Shown: positions 35,591 to 48,915 of the stretch, one piece after another
How positions within the stretch are numbered: position 1 is the stretch's first letter
Layout: every line of letters begins with the position of its first letter
Origin: Lama guanicoe
Lineage: Eukaryota
NCBI GenBank assembly: GCA_013239625.1
Contig: MU054662.1
Coordinates: 2,487,709 to 2,551,708 of the forward strand
Direction of reading: 5' to 3'
DNA length: 64,000 nt
Program-made: the position numbers and the translations under genes
Notes under the pieces: generated by a model
Database searches by the model: none
What the model was told of the DNA's origin: nothing
Seen by the model: the letters and a program-made list of their open reading frames with translations, nothing else

Positions 35591-37099
35591 ACGCCCTGGT
35601 ATCACCAGAGTGCAAGATCCTTGCAGGTAATGCACGCGTCTCATTCATTTTCAGGAGCCCCGCATGCTTGCGCCATGTCTGGCCCATGGTCAGTTTAGTA
35701 CTTGACAAAGAATTGAACATTTGGCGGCATAAACTATTTCATGTACCAGGGGATGGAGGGGTGCCGTGTCTTCGAAGTGGTCCAACATGGCTACAGCTCC
35801 CCAACCATCGTGAGAGGACAAACTGCACGACCGTGATTCTGGAGGTAATTCTGTGAACTTGGCCTCTTAATGTATTTGGCTGCTGAGCAGAGATCTACCC
35901 ACCTCCCTGTATCCCCCATCCCTCCCTCTCCACCAAGGCCCGTGTTAAATTGCAACAAACAACAGAGGCCCCCACCTTGGAGGGCCCTGCTCATGAATAA
36001 TGAACCCGCACCCGCTCTCTTCTTTTGAAGGAATTCTCTCTTGGCGGTGGGACTGTGTGGCAAGGCGGCTGCCTCATTATTGGAGTTGTTTATTTATTCA
36101 TGCTTGAATCCATGGGGGGTGGGGCAAGCCCGTTCATGGACATCTTTTCCCTCATTGAATCCTGCTCTCCACCCACCTCTCCTTCCACCTTTAGCTTCTC
36201 TCCAAGGGCTCCAGTGGAGGATGAGGTGGGGAGCGAAGTAGCTTGATTGTCCTGGGAGCCCAGGATGGAGGCGCCAGAGACGGAAATGGAAGGAGATCTC
36301 TTCCCATGCCAGTCTGCCTGCCCTGCCTCCCTGGCAACGAGGCCTGTCTGGGATCCAGGGCTCCCTGCCATGGGGACTCGAGGCAGGTGCTCTGGGGACC
36401 ACCATTGCCTAGTCTGTGGCACAGGCTGTCTGTTGGCTGTGGGTCTCAGTGGGGAACTGATCGGGGGGCTCTTACTGATGGGGACAATGGCGGCTGAAGG
36501 GCCACCTCTTCCTTCGGCTCTGCCTCCCTCCACCCTCCCGGGTTTTAGATCAGCATGACCCTCCTCCTTGCCTGTATACCCTCTACCCCCACCCCACTGC
36601 GGGACTGGTCTGACATACATTTCCTAGGGACACTAATTGGGTCGGGAAAGATGGGGCTGACCACGCCTTCATCTCCCAGAGCTCAGCTCAGGCCTCCCAC
36701 ATTTTGGTACCAATCCCGCATCACCAGCTCAGAAAGCTTCCCTCTGCAGCAAGCACAGCTTCTCTCACCACGCACGAAGTCACATGAAACCCAGCACAGC
36801 CCAGAATGCAAAGACAAGGCAGAATGGAAAAGCACTTAAGCAGAGGCCCTCAGCCAACTTTCATTTACTCTGCCACCTGGCTTCTTTTAGTCCTGGGCAC
36901 ATGGAGTCTGTCTTTGTTGGACTAGATTTCTGCATTAGGTCAGGGTAGCCTGCAGTGGGAGGAGGCAGGTGCTTCGGGAGGGAGTGTTGGACAAGTGGTG
37001 GGGAGGCTGGGGTGATGGGGAGAGGTGAGAGGGTGGGAGGGAGGTTCTGGCCTTGGTTCAAGCTTTCTGAGTGAGGACCTCCTGTCCCAGGAAGCACTG

Positions 37100-37325
37100 C
37101 GATGGACTGGAACCAGGCAGACCTAGATTTGAACCCTGGCGTGGGTTCTTTCTCGCTGTGCTACCAGGGGCGGGGCAGTCACTTGATCTCCTTGAGTCTT
37201 GGTTTCCCTATCTGTCCATGGGGCCAACCCTGACCTCCTTGTGGGCAGTTGGAAGGTTCAGAGGCTGTGTGTGCACAACACCTGGCTCAGGGCCTGGTAA
37301 GTGCTCACAAAACAGCAATAGTTTA
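37100..37325 (+). mobile_element. MIR SINE
   Basis: ggcagacctagatttgaaccctggc...gtttccctatctgtccatgggg. Confidence 0.75.
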
Positions 37326-37811
37326 TCATCCTTTCCACTCTGCAGTCTCTGTCTTCCCTTCTGTGTAATGTAAAGGCTCTTCTGTTGGGTGTGTGGGCAG
37401 CCATTCTTGGAGCGGTGATGACTCTCAGGTTTGTTAGGGGCTGGGGGCTCCCACCCTCAGGGTTCTTTCCTTCCCTCCTGAGATTTTCCTGTGAGTGAAT
37501 TCTTAATTTGACACGGATCCCATTCATCCCCCTGACTCCAACCCTGCTCTGGTTCCGTGGGTAATCAGTACGTCAGATCCCCCCTTTCTCTGCGTCTACA
37601 GGGGATTTTAGGGATCTTATTTCTCTCCATGGCTTTTCATCTATCCCATCACTGCCACCCAAGGAGCGAGTCTGGACTCAGATTCTGATGTCTGTGTTCT
37701 TCAAATTTGCTAATCAGACCTCGGCTTCTTCCTCTGGGAGGGGCTTCCTGTGGAAGAGGGCTGCTGAGGGAGGGTGGAATTGGAAGGGACATTGATTAGG
37801 GGAAGGGCCTT

Positions 37812-37920
37812 GACTCATTTAGTCAGGCAATAGGAACTTTCCATGTGCCAGGCAAAGTGCTGAGTGGTGAGGAAGCAGAGACGACAAAAATCACAGTCCT
37901 GCCCTCAGCAAGCTCACCAC
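37812..37920 (-). mobile_element. L2 3' end
   Basis: atgtgccaggcaaagtgctgagtg...cacagtcctgccctcagcaagctca. Confidence 0.65.
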
Positions 37921-38406
37921 TCCCTGGACCAAGCGGTATTCTGGGTGCCAGCTCACCTAAAAGTAGGGGTCTCTTTCATAAGGATGCCTGGGAGCTGATG
38001 GAGGGGACAGGGCAGAACTGACTCTTTCCATTTGGCCGTCCATGACTCCAGTGGCAAGTTCCCTGTTACCTTGTCTCCTGACCTCAGCACAAACTCTTGG
38101 TGCTGTGTGGCTGAGTCTATGCACCAGGGAGACTAGGCCAGAACATGCTTTAGAGGGAGGAAAAGGAGAGGCAGACAGGGTGGTGGCCCACTGACCCCGA
38201 GTGGGAAGTCAGCCTATCAGTCTCAGAAAAAAGGTGTGTACATGTAGGTGCAGAACCAAAGTGACCCCATCTGTGGCTCTGGTCTGGGTTTGTGCCATTC
38301 ATGCTCCTAAGAAATCCTGGCCACCTGGGGACCACCATCCACAGCAGAGACTGGGGCCCCAGCAGGAAACAGAAATCAACTTAGGTGGTTCAAAAGCAGC
38401 ATAAAT

Positions 38407-38432
38407 ACACACACACACACACACACACACAC
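38407..38432. repeat. (AC)13 microsatellite
   Basis: read directly; abuts an L1. Confidence 0.95.
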
Positions 38433-38875
38433 GGAATACAACTCAGCCATAAAAAGATGAAATATTGCCATTTGCAGCAACATAGATGGACCTAGAGATT
38501 ATCATACTAACTGAAGTAAGTCAGACACAGGAAGACAAATACCACATGATATCACTTATATGTGGAATCTAAAAAATGATACAAATAAACTTATTTGCAA
38601 AACAGAAAGAGACTCATAGACGTAGAAAACAAATTTATGGTTAACAAAAGGAAAAAGTGGAGGAGGGAGAAATTAGCAGATACAAACTACTATATATAAA
38701 ATAGATAAACAACAAGGTCCTACTGTATAACACAAGGAACTACATTCAATATCTTGTAATAACCTATAATGAAAAATAATATAAAAAATACATATATATG
38801 TATAACTGAATCACTATGCTGTACACCAGAAGCTAACACAACATTGTAAATCAAGTATACTTCAATAAAAAAAAT
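38433..38875 (+). mobile_element. L1 3' end (ORF2 tail plus artiodactyl-type 3' UTR)
   Basis: ccatttgcagcaacatagatggacctagag...cacttatatgtggaatctaa...tatacttcaataaaaaaaa; similar to 9340-9759. Confidence 0.95.
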
Positions 38876-39689
38876 GTTTTTTTAAAAGCAGAGGCTTTAA
38901 GGAAGGGACTGGCTACAGAGGTGTGGGCAAGGGGGCTGGTGCACCTGGAGACCTGCAGCCAGGCGCGAGTGGATTCACAGCACCTCTGTGAAACGTGGGG
39001 CTCTAGGCAGCAGGTGGAGGGGGCCTGGCTGGAGCAAGCAGTCCCCACGCCTTGTTTTTGCTGAGAGAATAGATGCTGGGTCATACCAGCTGTGGAGACC
39101 TTAGCAGGACAGGTGGTGCGGGAGGACCTCGCAGCAAGAGGGCAGTGAAGGACCCGGAGGGGTCTGTTCTGAATGCCACAGGGAAGGGTGCTTTCCCTGA
39201 GCCCAGTAGGCATCTTGGATAGGAAGAGTCCAGGGGCTGGGTTAATAGGGGAGAAAGACTCCTGGTAACGAATGGGAACCTTGCAAAAGTATTTATTCAT
39301 CAAGTCCCAACAGATTATTTTAAATTGGTAGAGACTGCAGTCTCTTTAAGTGGCGAGTTTAAAATGCCTCTCTTCACCTACATCAGAGGGAAGGTAGCTC
39401 CTGAGAAATGAACTCAGTCATGGAAGCTAAGAGAAGTCTCATCCTCATTGTGGTGTATGTATTTGGCCCATGACATGTGCTTTGAGACTTCCTGTGTAAA
39501 AGCACTGAGCCAAGACTGTGGGTGATGGCAAGGCGGATGAGACCTTGGGGGAAATCTGGGTGGGACATATGCATGAACAAATGAAAAGTTTAACAACAAT
39601 GCGACTGTGGAATATAGCAATTCCACACTGGAGAGATGACACCAATACTTAAAGATTTAGTACAGTTAACACCACCTTGCAAATAGATA

Positions 39690-40600
39690 TAACTTTTATT
39701 GAGTAATTTTTTCTGATCGTAAAAATAAAATATACTTATTATAAAAAATTGAAACATATAAAAAAAGAATTGAAACCTACAATCCAACTTTCTCTATTAA
39801 TAGTTCAGTGGATTTCCTTAATATTATTTCAAACTTTTATATGTGTATTTAAACACACATACACAACACATATCCACAAACACACATATTTCAGTACAGT
39901 TGCAGTGAAATTGTACACAGTTATATTTCCTGTTCATTTTACTTCACAATCAGCTGAGAACATTTTAATATCTTTAAACAATCTTCATAAATCAGTATAT
40001 ATCGTGGCCATGGGATAGTCCACTGTACCAAAGTACTGTGATGTATTTCAATAATCTCCTGCTGATATTTGGACTATTTCTGATTTTTTTACTATTAAAA
40101 ATTTTTATCTGCATTTCTGTTTATTTTCGTAGGATAAATTCCTAGAAATGAAATTATTATTAGGTCTACAGGAAATATTGTTTTTGAGACTCTGATTCAT
40201 ATTGCCATAAGTGTTGATACATATCACTGTAAATATTGTATCAATTTTCATTATCATTAGCAGTTTGCCAAAGTGTCCTTCTCACCTTTGCCAGCATGGA
40301 GCATTATATATTTTAAAATCTGTGCCACACTGAAGGGGCAAAAATGGCAGCTTGCTTTAATTTGCATGTTTGACGACTAGTGAGGCTGATTTTTAAAATA
40401 TATTTGTTTCAACTATTTTTGTTTCTTTTGTGACTCCCTATCACGTTCTCTGCTCCTTTTTTTTTTTTTTTTTGAGTGTTAGTTTTCTTTTAATGATCTG
40501 GAAGAGGTACTATATTTAAGGGTTTTTATTTTTACCCATTGCTATATTTGTTTCAAACACTTTTTTTTTTTGGCTTTTAGTTTGCTTCTTAACTTTATAT
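39690..40600 (-). mobile_element. old L1M fragments
   Basis: AT-rich; ggataaattcctagaaatgaaatt; gctttaatttgcatgtttgacgactagtgaggctg. Confidence 0.7.
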
Positions 40601-41479
40601 TCAGTATCTGTTGGATGAAATGAAGTGGTAGGGGTAATGGTTAAGGGTCTGGAAGTTGGCTTTGCACTCTGGCTTCCCCCATGGCCGTAATGGGCCAGTG
40701 CAGAGACAGTCTATGGACCTGAGCCATTCCTCCTGTGCTCCTCAGAGCCTACCCTGCTGAACTTCCCTACACGAACCTCTGAGGGTACCCCAGCAGTCAC
40801 TCTTGACCTGAAAACCATCCCATTCCCACCTCCCCAGAAAAGAGGAACAGACACCCAAGCAAACCCAGCAGAGCAACCTGCCCCTCCAACACCATCCGCA
40901 TCTGTGCTGCCCAGCTGTCCCCAGTCAAGGGCTTGGGGTGAGAAACTGTGGCTGGTTTCCATGGATTGTTTGGGAACACTCTTCATGCCAATAAGACACT
41001 CTTGACCACTCTGCTCCTTTCCCTTGGAGTCAACAGGGAACTCCCCTGCGCCCTTTTGTTGCTACAACAGTATTTTCTGGTCACACATTTTTCCTCCCCC
41101 ACAGCTACACATTCCACGCACATGTCCCCGCCCCCTAGACCTTAGACGTTAGGTGTTAAGTGGGTGGTGGGGATTTTTATCTGGTTCTCTGACTATGGGA
41201 CTGCTATGTCAACAGAAACCTTGTCAACCACCATCTCTAGTTAGTTTCTGGTGGGGGACCTCTTTTCTCCCCCACCCCAAATGAGGTGACAATGCATCAG
41301 TTAGCAGGAGCCAGGGCTGCTGGGGGCAGGCAGTGAGGACAGGCTCAGAATGAAGGGTTAACGGGGGGGGGGGTAAGGTCTTCAACACGGACCTCCTGGT
41401 GGAGTCCACTGTGTACTTTGTCTCTCCTTTTCTGCTTTTCTTTTCCTACTTAAGCTATCTTGGGGCTTACTCCTTATTG

Positions 41480-41870
41480 GTATGCACAGAACCACCCCAT
41501 TCTTTGTAACGGTTGCCCAGTATTCAATTACACACAGCTACCTCCATTTATTTAACCAGCTCTCTCTCTATTCCTGAGAATTGAAGTTGCTTCTAGGTTT
41601 CTGCGACTACAAGCAATAATGCCAGAAACCCAAACAAATCCGTCTGTAGATCTCCTTGCTCACGTGCTAGTGGATATTTACATCTCTGTGGGGGGAACTG
41701 CTGGAGGTAGAATGACTGAGTCAAAGGGTACCCACATCCCCACCGTTTCTATCTCCCACCAAGTCACCCAGCCAGAGAGGTAACACCTGTTTACCCCCCT
41801 CCCCAGTGGCAGCACAGAAGAGCACTTCTGCCCATACCAGCCAGCACAATTAGAAACAGACAAAACTCTC
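41480..41870 (-). mobile_element. old L1M fragment
   Basis: tttatttaaccag...gttgcttctaggttt...tagaatgactgagtcaaagggta. Confidence 0.55.
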
Positions 41871-41874
41871 AACG

Positions 41875-42730
41875 TGGCCCATGAAGCCCCCCATGTCTTG
41901 CCCCAGCCTGCCTCTTCTCAGTCTCAGCAGGGTGACCCTTCTCCCCTCCCTCTTTTGCACACGCCATCCCCTTGCTCAGAATCCTCTCTGCCTTGTCCTA
42001 CTTATCCTTCAGATCTCAGCCACGCACCACTTCTCTAGCAAGTTCTTGAACCCCTGAGCTCTCGGTGTGCGGTGCCCTCTACAGTGGTTTGATGGATTAT
42101 TTGATAAATGTCTCTTAACTGGACTCTAAGCTCCAAGAGGGCAGGCACCAGGTCTGACCACCATGGTATTCCCAGGGCAACATGCAGACTCTGGTCTACA
42201 GAAAAACATAGTTATTTGATGACAGAACAGGAGTCAAGCAACTCAACATTTCCCCCTCCTACCTTCTCGTCCTGTGCTCATTTTCCTAGTAAAAGCTCAG
42301 TAACCCCTCTAGCACCCTGGCAAGAAACGTATGGTTCTCTTCAACTCCATCTTTCTCTCCTCCCTCCATATCCAGCAGCTGTCAAATCACCTTACACAAC
42401 TGTAGAAACTCCTCCTTCCTCTCTAGACCTTTGTTTATGTCTTTTCCTCCCCTGAAGTGCCCCCTCCTCCTTCCTTAAGACATACTGCATCTTCTCTAAG
42501 AAACTGCCAGCTCCCCCAGTCGAATTTAACCTCGCCCACAGCCCTATAATCCTTTCTGCAGGGCCTTTTCCTTGGCTGAATTTTGGAATAGACTATGGAT
42601 TTTCATGTCCTTCCATTGGATGCGAGGTCTTGGGGAGCAGGGAGCCATCCTTGTGCATTTCCGAATGCCTCTCAGCCCCAGGCATAGCGCTTTCTACACA
42701 ATAGCTGTTCAATAAACTCTGGATAGAATC
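41875..42730 (+). mobile_element. L2 fragments (two 3' ends)
   Basis: ggactctaagctccaagagggcagg; cccaggcatag...tcaataaa. Confidence 0.55.
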
Positions 42731-43419
42731 GAAACGAATGGTGCTTAAACAAAAAGAGCCGGTCTTGGCTTCTCACACGTTTGGAGAGGCTTTCCAGACA
42801 GAGCTCCCAGGCCAGGCTGAGAGCCTCTTCCCTCCTCCCCCCTCTCCCCAGCGCAGGCACGCCAAACCCCATGGCTCGCCAACTTTCAAACTGCATTATC
42901 CCCATCCCAGAACTCAGGAAATATCATCAGACAAGGCAGATGTTTCCCATCAGTCTGGAAGGTTTCTATTTTCATTTTCCACATCAGCATCGTGCTATCA
43001 ATCTCTCCTCCAGCCTGCTTTCTTCTGTCTCTCCTCCCTCCCCCAACACCCCAACCACTAGCTCCTCTGTGGATCAATTCCTACATTGCAGATACAAAGG
43101 TAGTTTTGCCTGACAAATGAAGCTGCCCTTCCAGGAGGTAATAAAGAGATCAATACTGGTTACACTGGAATGCTCAGGAGTGACATCCCTGCCACTGTCC
43201 ACCGCCAGAACCACACTGAGCAGCCCTCCCCATTCCCTGCTCCCTCCTTCCGTACCCTTGGCACCTGCAGAGACTCAGTGTGCCCAGGACCAAGCCAGCC
43301 TGTCTTGCCTCACTGAGAAGTCATTGGTTATCATCAGGAGGGGAGCGTCCTTTGAGTACAGAGTCAGCTGGACCCTGTCAGCTGATGGCCTGAAGGGTGG
43401 GTGAAGAGCCTATGAAGAG

Positions 43420-43560
43420 GCAGTATAGGGTGGTGCTGAGAAGCAGCCTGGTGGGGTGAGGGGGGCAGAGAGCAGGCCACAGTTCGAATCCCAGTTCTGC
43501 CACCTACTGGCTGTTTGACCTTGGGCAAATCACTTTCCATGTCTGATTTGGTCATAACGT
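43420..43560 (+). mobile_element. MIR SINE
   Basis: gttcgaatcccagttctgccacctactggctgtttgaccttgggcaaatcact. Confidence 0.85.
43497..43510 (-). promoter_or_regulatory. CTCF core motif inside a MIR
   Basis: Reverse complement CCAGTAGGTGGCAG fits CCASYAGRKGGCRS at all 14 positions. Confidence 0.45.
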
Positions 43561-43579
43561 CTACTGTGAATCAAGATTA

Positions 43580-43755
43580 GACTAGATAACCTAGGGTTCA
43601 TGGATGGCTTTGAGGGTCCGAGTACCCCTGAAATTGTGTTCAAGTTTTGTATATATGCATATCTCTTTCTGGGTAGAGGGTCCATGTTCCCTATCATCCC
43701 CCACGACCATCCCCTCCCCTTTAAAATCAGATTCTTAAAGGGTTCCTTGACCATA
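43580..43755. mobile_element. hAT-Charlie-like MITE
   Basis: gggttcatggatgg...cccctgaaattgtg...agagggtccat...cagattcttaaaggg. Confidence 0.6.
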
Positions 43756-44739
43756 GATGGTCATGTCAGCCCCAACGTTCTTTGATTCCAAAAAGGAGAA
43801 GGCATTCTTGCAGTGCTGCAGATGTTGCCGTGGACACATAGTAGGCACTTCAGAAAAAGACTCAATGACACTTTTGGAGTAATGGTAAAGAGATGGTTGG
43901 AGGCAGATGGGTAAATCTGGGAAGACTTCCTGGAAGAGGTGAATTTCTATAAGAAATCAAAGTTCTCAGGTGAGGCAGATACCTAAAGGGGAAAGGGAGC
44001 ATTGAGGAATAATAGAGTGCTCTCTCCTCTTCCTCGTACTCAAAAAATACGATGTTTTGTTGGGGGGGGGGCTCTAATTAGCTGAGGCAGCTCACAGTCC
44101 TCCACCAAGAACAAGAAATCAAAAAGTCAAACACCAGCTCATTAAATGCTCGGGGCTGGCTAGCTATTAAAAGAATTTCCATTTCAGAACAGGATGCCTA
44201 CCAGGGAATGCCAGACCTAAATATAAGCCAGCCCCCTCCCTGCCAGGAGACTTCACCGTGTTAGGCAGGAGGGAGGGAGGACTGCGTGGAGATATGTCAT
44301 TACTTTTAACATCCAAATATAACCCGCCCCAGGGGGTGTGGGACTAAGGCTGCTCTTCCCAGCTGCCTCCTGCCAGAGCCAGGGGAGGGTACCAGGGGAG
44401 GGTGGGAACAGTCCCTGCAGAGCACCGAGGTTTGGGTGGCAAGCAACTCCTTCTCCCCACTTCCCTCCCTGCCACCCCTCCCCTTATACAAATACAAGGA
44501 GTCTGGAGGGAGGGTCACTGAGTTCTAGTGGCTGCATCCTGATCTGGCTGCTGGGGTGGGCAGGGCTTTGGGGAAGTTTAGGGGCTCTCTGGATATTTAT
44601 GATTACTTTTCCTGCATGCTTCCCTGGAATGAGCAGAGGGAAGGGGCTACAGGGAAGAAAAGACCCCCAAGATTTGTATGTCTCTGCACGTCTTTCCCAA
44701 AGAGCATGGTCCCCACTGGCACTTCTGCACCCACATGGA

Positions 44740-45060
44740 TGGTTATTCATCTGATGTCTGTCTTCTCCATAGACTGCAGCTCTTTGAGAACAAGGGCTAT
44801 GTGTCTGCTCACTTTTCCACCCCCAGCATCCAGTCCAGTGCCCAGTGTGGAGAGGCTCCTGGTGAGAGAATCAGCAGATGATATGATAGTCTTGCCAATA
44901 CCCCTCACGTGGGTAGAGGACTTTGTAACACTGGTTCTCGACTCTGTGCTCAGTGGGGTCACCTGGATACCTGGATACTGACTGAATTGGTCTGGGGCAC
45001 GGTGTGGGCATCCGGAGTTTTAAAAGCTCCCAGCGTGATTCTAAAGCGAAGCCACTTAGC
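44740..45060. mobile_element. L2 3' fragment followed by a MER5-like fragment
   Basis: tagactgcagctctttgagaacaggg; ctggttctc...aattggtctgggg...aaagctcccagcgtgattctaa. Confidence 0.55.
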
Positions 45061-45134
45061 TAATGAAAAAGCTTTCATTCTCTCAGCTGATTCTTGTTTT
45101 CTCCTCCTCCTCTCCCTTTAATACCCTATTGTCG

Positions 45135-45330
45135 AGTCTTAAAACAATCTCCTGAGGTAGGCAGGGCAGGGAGCATTATTCCTGTGAGACTTAAGAAGCA
45201 GCCAGGCTCGAAATAGCTGAGAGAATTGCTCAAGGTCACACAGCTAATGCACAAGCGTGCTGAGATGGAGGCCTGGGTCCTGGCAGTGCCCAGCCTAGTT
45301 TGACCTCCCTGGCTCCAGTGGAAACCATGA
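45135..45330 (-). mobile_element. MIR SINE
   Basis: aggtaggcagggcagggagcattattcc...ttgctcaaggtcacacagcta. Confidence 0.75.
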
Positions 45331-46869
45331 GAGGGATCTGGACATTCAGGAAAGTAGACCTGCAACAGAATGTGGCTCATTTCTTGGAGGAGAGGGAGGA
45401 GAAGCCGAGGTGGCCAAGGAGAAGCCATGGGTCACCAAACAAGACCCAGCACCTGCCCCTTCACAGTGTGGCAGGCACCCCCTCTGCAGGGATCCTGGCC
45501 CCGGGCAGACAGGCTGGAGGATAGCCCAGGGCAAGGGGGTGGCTTCGATGCTGACTGACAGACAAGGGCACAATCTGTGGTCAGATAATTGTGCCCAGGA
45601 GAAAACTGGTAAAGAATCTACAGTGGATCAGCCCATCCCAGGCTGCCCCTTGTTCACCTGGCTCAGAGATCTGTCCAACTGGGGAGAGTGACTTAGGTCC
45701 CTGGTGGATCTGTTTCCCCCTGGGAATGGGGACAGATGTGCCCTCCTGGGCTGCTGCGATGGGAAAACGAGAAAACAAAGGTGACAATGACACTGAAACG
45801 GAAAGAAGATGCTGCTTTGTGACCTTCATCCTGGGGAAGAGCTGTTGGCCTCTGTCCCCTTTTCCTGCACCCCTGAGCCCCCATCACACCCTGAAGTCTG
45901 GGACGCCAGGGGAGCTGGCTAATCTACTTGTGACCCTCACTGTAAGTACTTCAGATCAGAGTGAGTTTCCTTCTTGAAGTTGGGGAAGATTTCATGGAAC
46001 CAGGCATGTATACAGGGGAGCAGGTGGACGGAAGTCCAATGACTTGAACCTGTGGGTCTTCAAAGTCATTTTTAGGGAGAGGTGGGGGCAGCTTCCCAGA
46101 TGTCCCCCATTCTTGTTGAGACAATGTGGCTTGCTGGGCTATAAAGAAGGGAATACATCTGGGCAGTGGACCTCTTAAGCCCCAAGCAGGTACTTCTGGT
46201 GGCTGAAAAGGCAGCATCTCTTTCCTGGAAGGAAATCCTCACCAATGGAATTTCCCATAGCTGAACTGGACCAGGTGAACAAGTAGCTGTTGCCTAAGAG
46301 TCCTCATCAATGACCCTTTGGACATTGGTGAGTGTTCATTTACTGAATATTACTCCCACAACCAAGGCTAGGAGCAGCAGAGGGAGTCCCAGCAGAGCAG
46401 GAACATGCAACTTCTTACTGGAAAGCTTCTGCTCACTTGAATGGAGCCAGGATCAGTGGCCAGCTCACAATCACCATTTTTATCTAATTCAGGTAGCCCT
46501 GAGATTGTCCCACTGCCAGTCTTTGTAGCTGTAGCCCATTTTTGGCCATTTGATGCTTGAAAATTCTTTACAAGCAGCCTTCTAGTGCTTACTTACATGC
46601 CTCTAGTGATGGGGTGCTCACTACCTACTAAGGCTTGCACTGAAATGCACTACCCATTGTCTTATTGGATGGGGACATGGCTTGGCATCACCAGGACCAT
46701 GACCTTTGGAAGAGCTGGAGCTTGAGAAACTGAGCCCGCTGTTGGAGCTGACACATGGGCTCATCAATGTGGCCACAGCTGGTGGCCCAAGAATTTCAGT
46801 AATCTTGGGTAATCTTAGTGCTGACAAATAGTCCTCAAGTCCTCAATGGGAAGATCATACGGCCACTGG

Positions 46870-47270
46870 AGTATATGTTTGTTGCTTTTCATTACTGTAT
46901 AGTATTTCATTGTATAAATACAGAACAGTTTGTTTATTCTGCTGCTCATGGACATTTGTTCCAGTCTTGAGTGAATGGCTCTCCCATGAATGTAAGTCAC
47001 AAACATAAGGTGGAGCAAAAGAAGTCAGATCTCCCCAAAAGAATACACTTTGTAAAATTTGATGTTATGCTTTTTTCAAGGAGGAGGAAGTTAGTGAATG
47101 AAAGGAGAACATAAGGGGGCTCTGGGGTGCTGGTGATGTTTTATTTCTTGAGTTAAACAATGATTATACAGATATGTTTAGTTCGTGAAACATCATCAAG
47201 CCATACATCTATTAACTATGTTCTTTGACACATATATGTTATACTTTATTAAAATGTTTATTTAAAAAAT
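46870..47270. mobile_element. old L1M/L1ME fragments in opposite orientations
   Basis: ttcattactgtatagtatttcattgta (-); ggggtgctggtgatgttttatttcttga...tatatgttatactttattaaaa (+). Confidence 0.7.
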
Positions 47271-47429
47271 TTCAGCCCAACCATGATTACTCTTACAATA
47301 ATAGTACTATAATGATTAGCGTTATGGGACTTTACAATTTCTTACTAAGGTACAACAGGTGAGAGGAACTCTATGGGACATACCGACACTTTCACAGAGT
47401 TACAGTGAAAAGTCCAGCAATTATAAAGA

Positions 47430-47635
47430 TATCCTTATTCACCAAAAGTTGTTGACTATTACTACATGTCATCTGTTACTCCAAATATTTTCTGTGTATT
47501 AATTAATTGACTCCTCTAGACAACCCTAGGTCAGTATTCCCATTTTGCAGAGAAGGAAATGGAAGTCCAGAGAGGTTAGGTAGGCACTGAAAGGTTGCAC
47601 AGCTGATAAGTGGTAAAGCAGGGATTCTGGAGTCT
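47430..47635 (-). mobile_element. MIR SINE
   Basis: cccattttgcagagaaggaaatggaagtccagagaggtta...cacagctgataagtgg. Confidence 0.8.
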
Positions 47636-48544
47636 ACTGGGGACACCTTCTGAGCTCCTGGATGCCTCAACTAAGGTGCCCCCAGGCTAGGTCTAGGGAA
47701 GCTGGGTCAGGTTGGGAAGCCCTCCAGGCTCAGCTACTGGCCCAAGGGTTTCTGGCCAACTGAGAGGAAACCCACCCCCATGGTGTGGATGTTGTTGTAT
47801 TTTTTAAAAGAAGCCTCCTGATTTGCATGATATTTCACGCTGACTCTGCCTCTCAAACTGTTATTCCATCTACACATGGCACTGTGGGATGCCTGAGATA
47901 TTTTATAAAGTTAATAACTTTCTCTTAATTGGATGAGTTCATAGAATAGTCTAAGCAATTAACAATAATTATGCCAAAGACGCTTCGATTCCAAGGATGC
48001 TCCACAAACACTGGTGTATTAAAGCATTTAGGAAAAAAACAACAAGCTACAACACACTGTCACAAGACAACAGACAGGCACACGCACACACATGCTCACA
48101 TGCTCCCTGCAGTCCTGTGACCCAGAACAAGTCCCCATTTCCAGGCCACAGGATGATGGGGCTTTTCCGAGATACTAGAAAAGAAATGGCTACTGTCACA
48201 TTTCAGTACACCTCGCCCCTCCCTCCCTCCACCCCACCTAGTGAGGAAGAGGAGACGCAAAGCCAGGTCCTGCTGGCACTTGTTGAATGACACACTGTCT
48301 ATCCATGCCCAGGTGACCATGCAAAACAACGCCCCTGAGTGATTGGCAAAGACCCTTAATATACTAGGTCTGTAATAGTATAATAGTCTCTTCTCGCTTG
48401 CCCGCTCTCTCATGCTACCTTTGATCTCAACAATACCTTTTCCAGGACAACTTCTTATTCAAAAAGGACAATTGCCAAAGAACACGGAATTCAACCTTAC
48501 TTGAATCAAAATGTCGAGCTGCTCGGTATAGCCCCTTTCATACA

Positions 48545-48915
48545 GTTATAGACACGCAGGGCTGGAAGGGCCTTAATCTTATTCAGTGGTTGGATGGCTT
48601 CTCCAACACTCTACCAGGTGGATGTTCAATCTTTGCGGAAATGCTTCCACTGGTGGGGAGTTTGCTACCTTCTAAAGGCATCATTCCATTTCAAGATGGC
48701 TTTAATTATGAGGAAAAAATTCCATAAATGGACCTTAAACGTACCATTTTGGAACTCCCACCTGCTGGCTCCACTCTTTGGTGAATAAGTGAATTCCCTC
48801 TTTCATACGACAGCTCTTCAGTTTCTCATCACCTGTGAGTTGTGTTCCCCTGAACACCCCAAGTCTTCCCTCTGCAGGCTGGTGAGCCTCTGTTCTTATA
48901 ACCTTTCCTACCATT
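48545..48915 (-). mobile_element. L3/CR1 LINE 3' end
   Basis: gctggaagggcctta...ggggagtttgctacct...cattccatt...acgacagctcttcag...agtcttccctctgcaggct, collinear with the antisense CR1 3' end. Confidence 0.75.
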
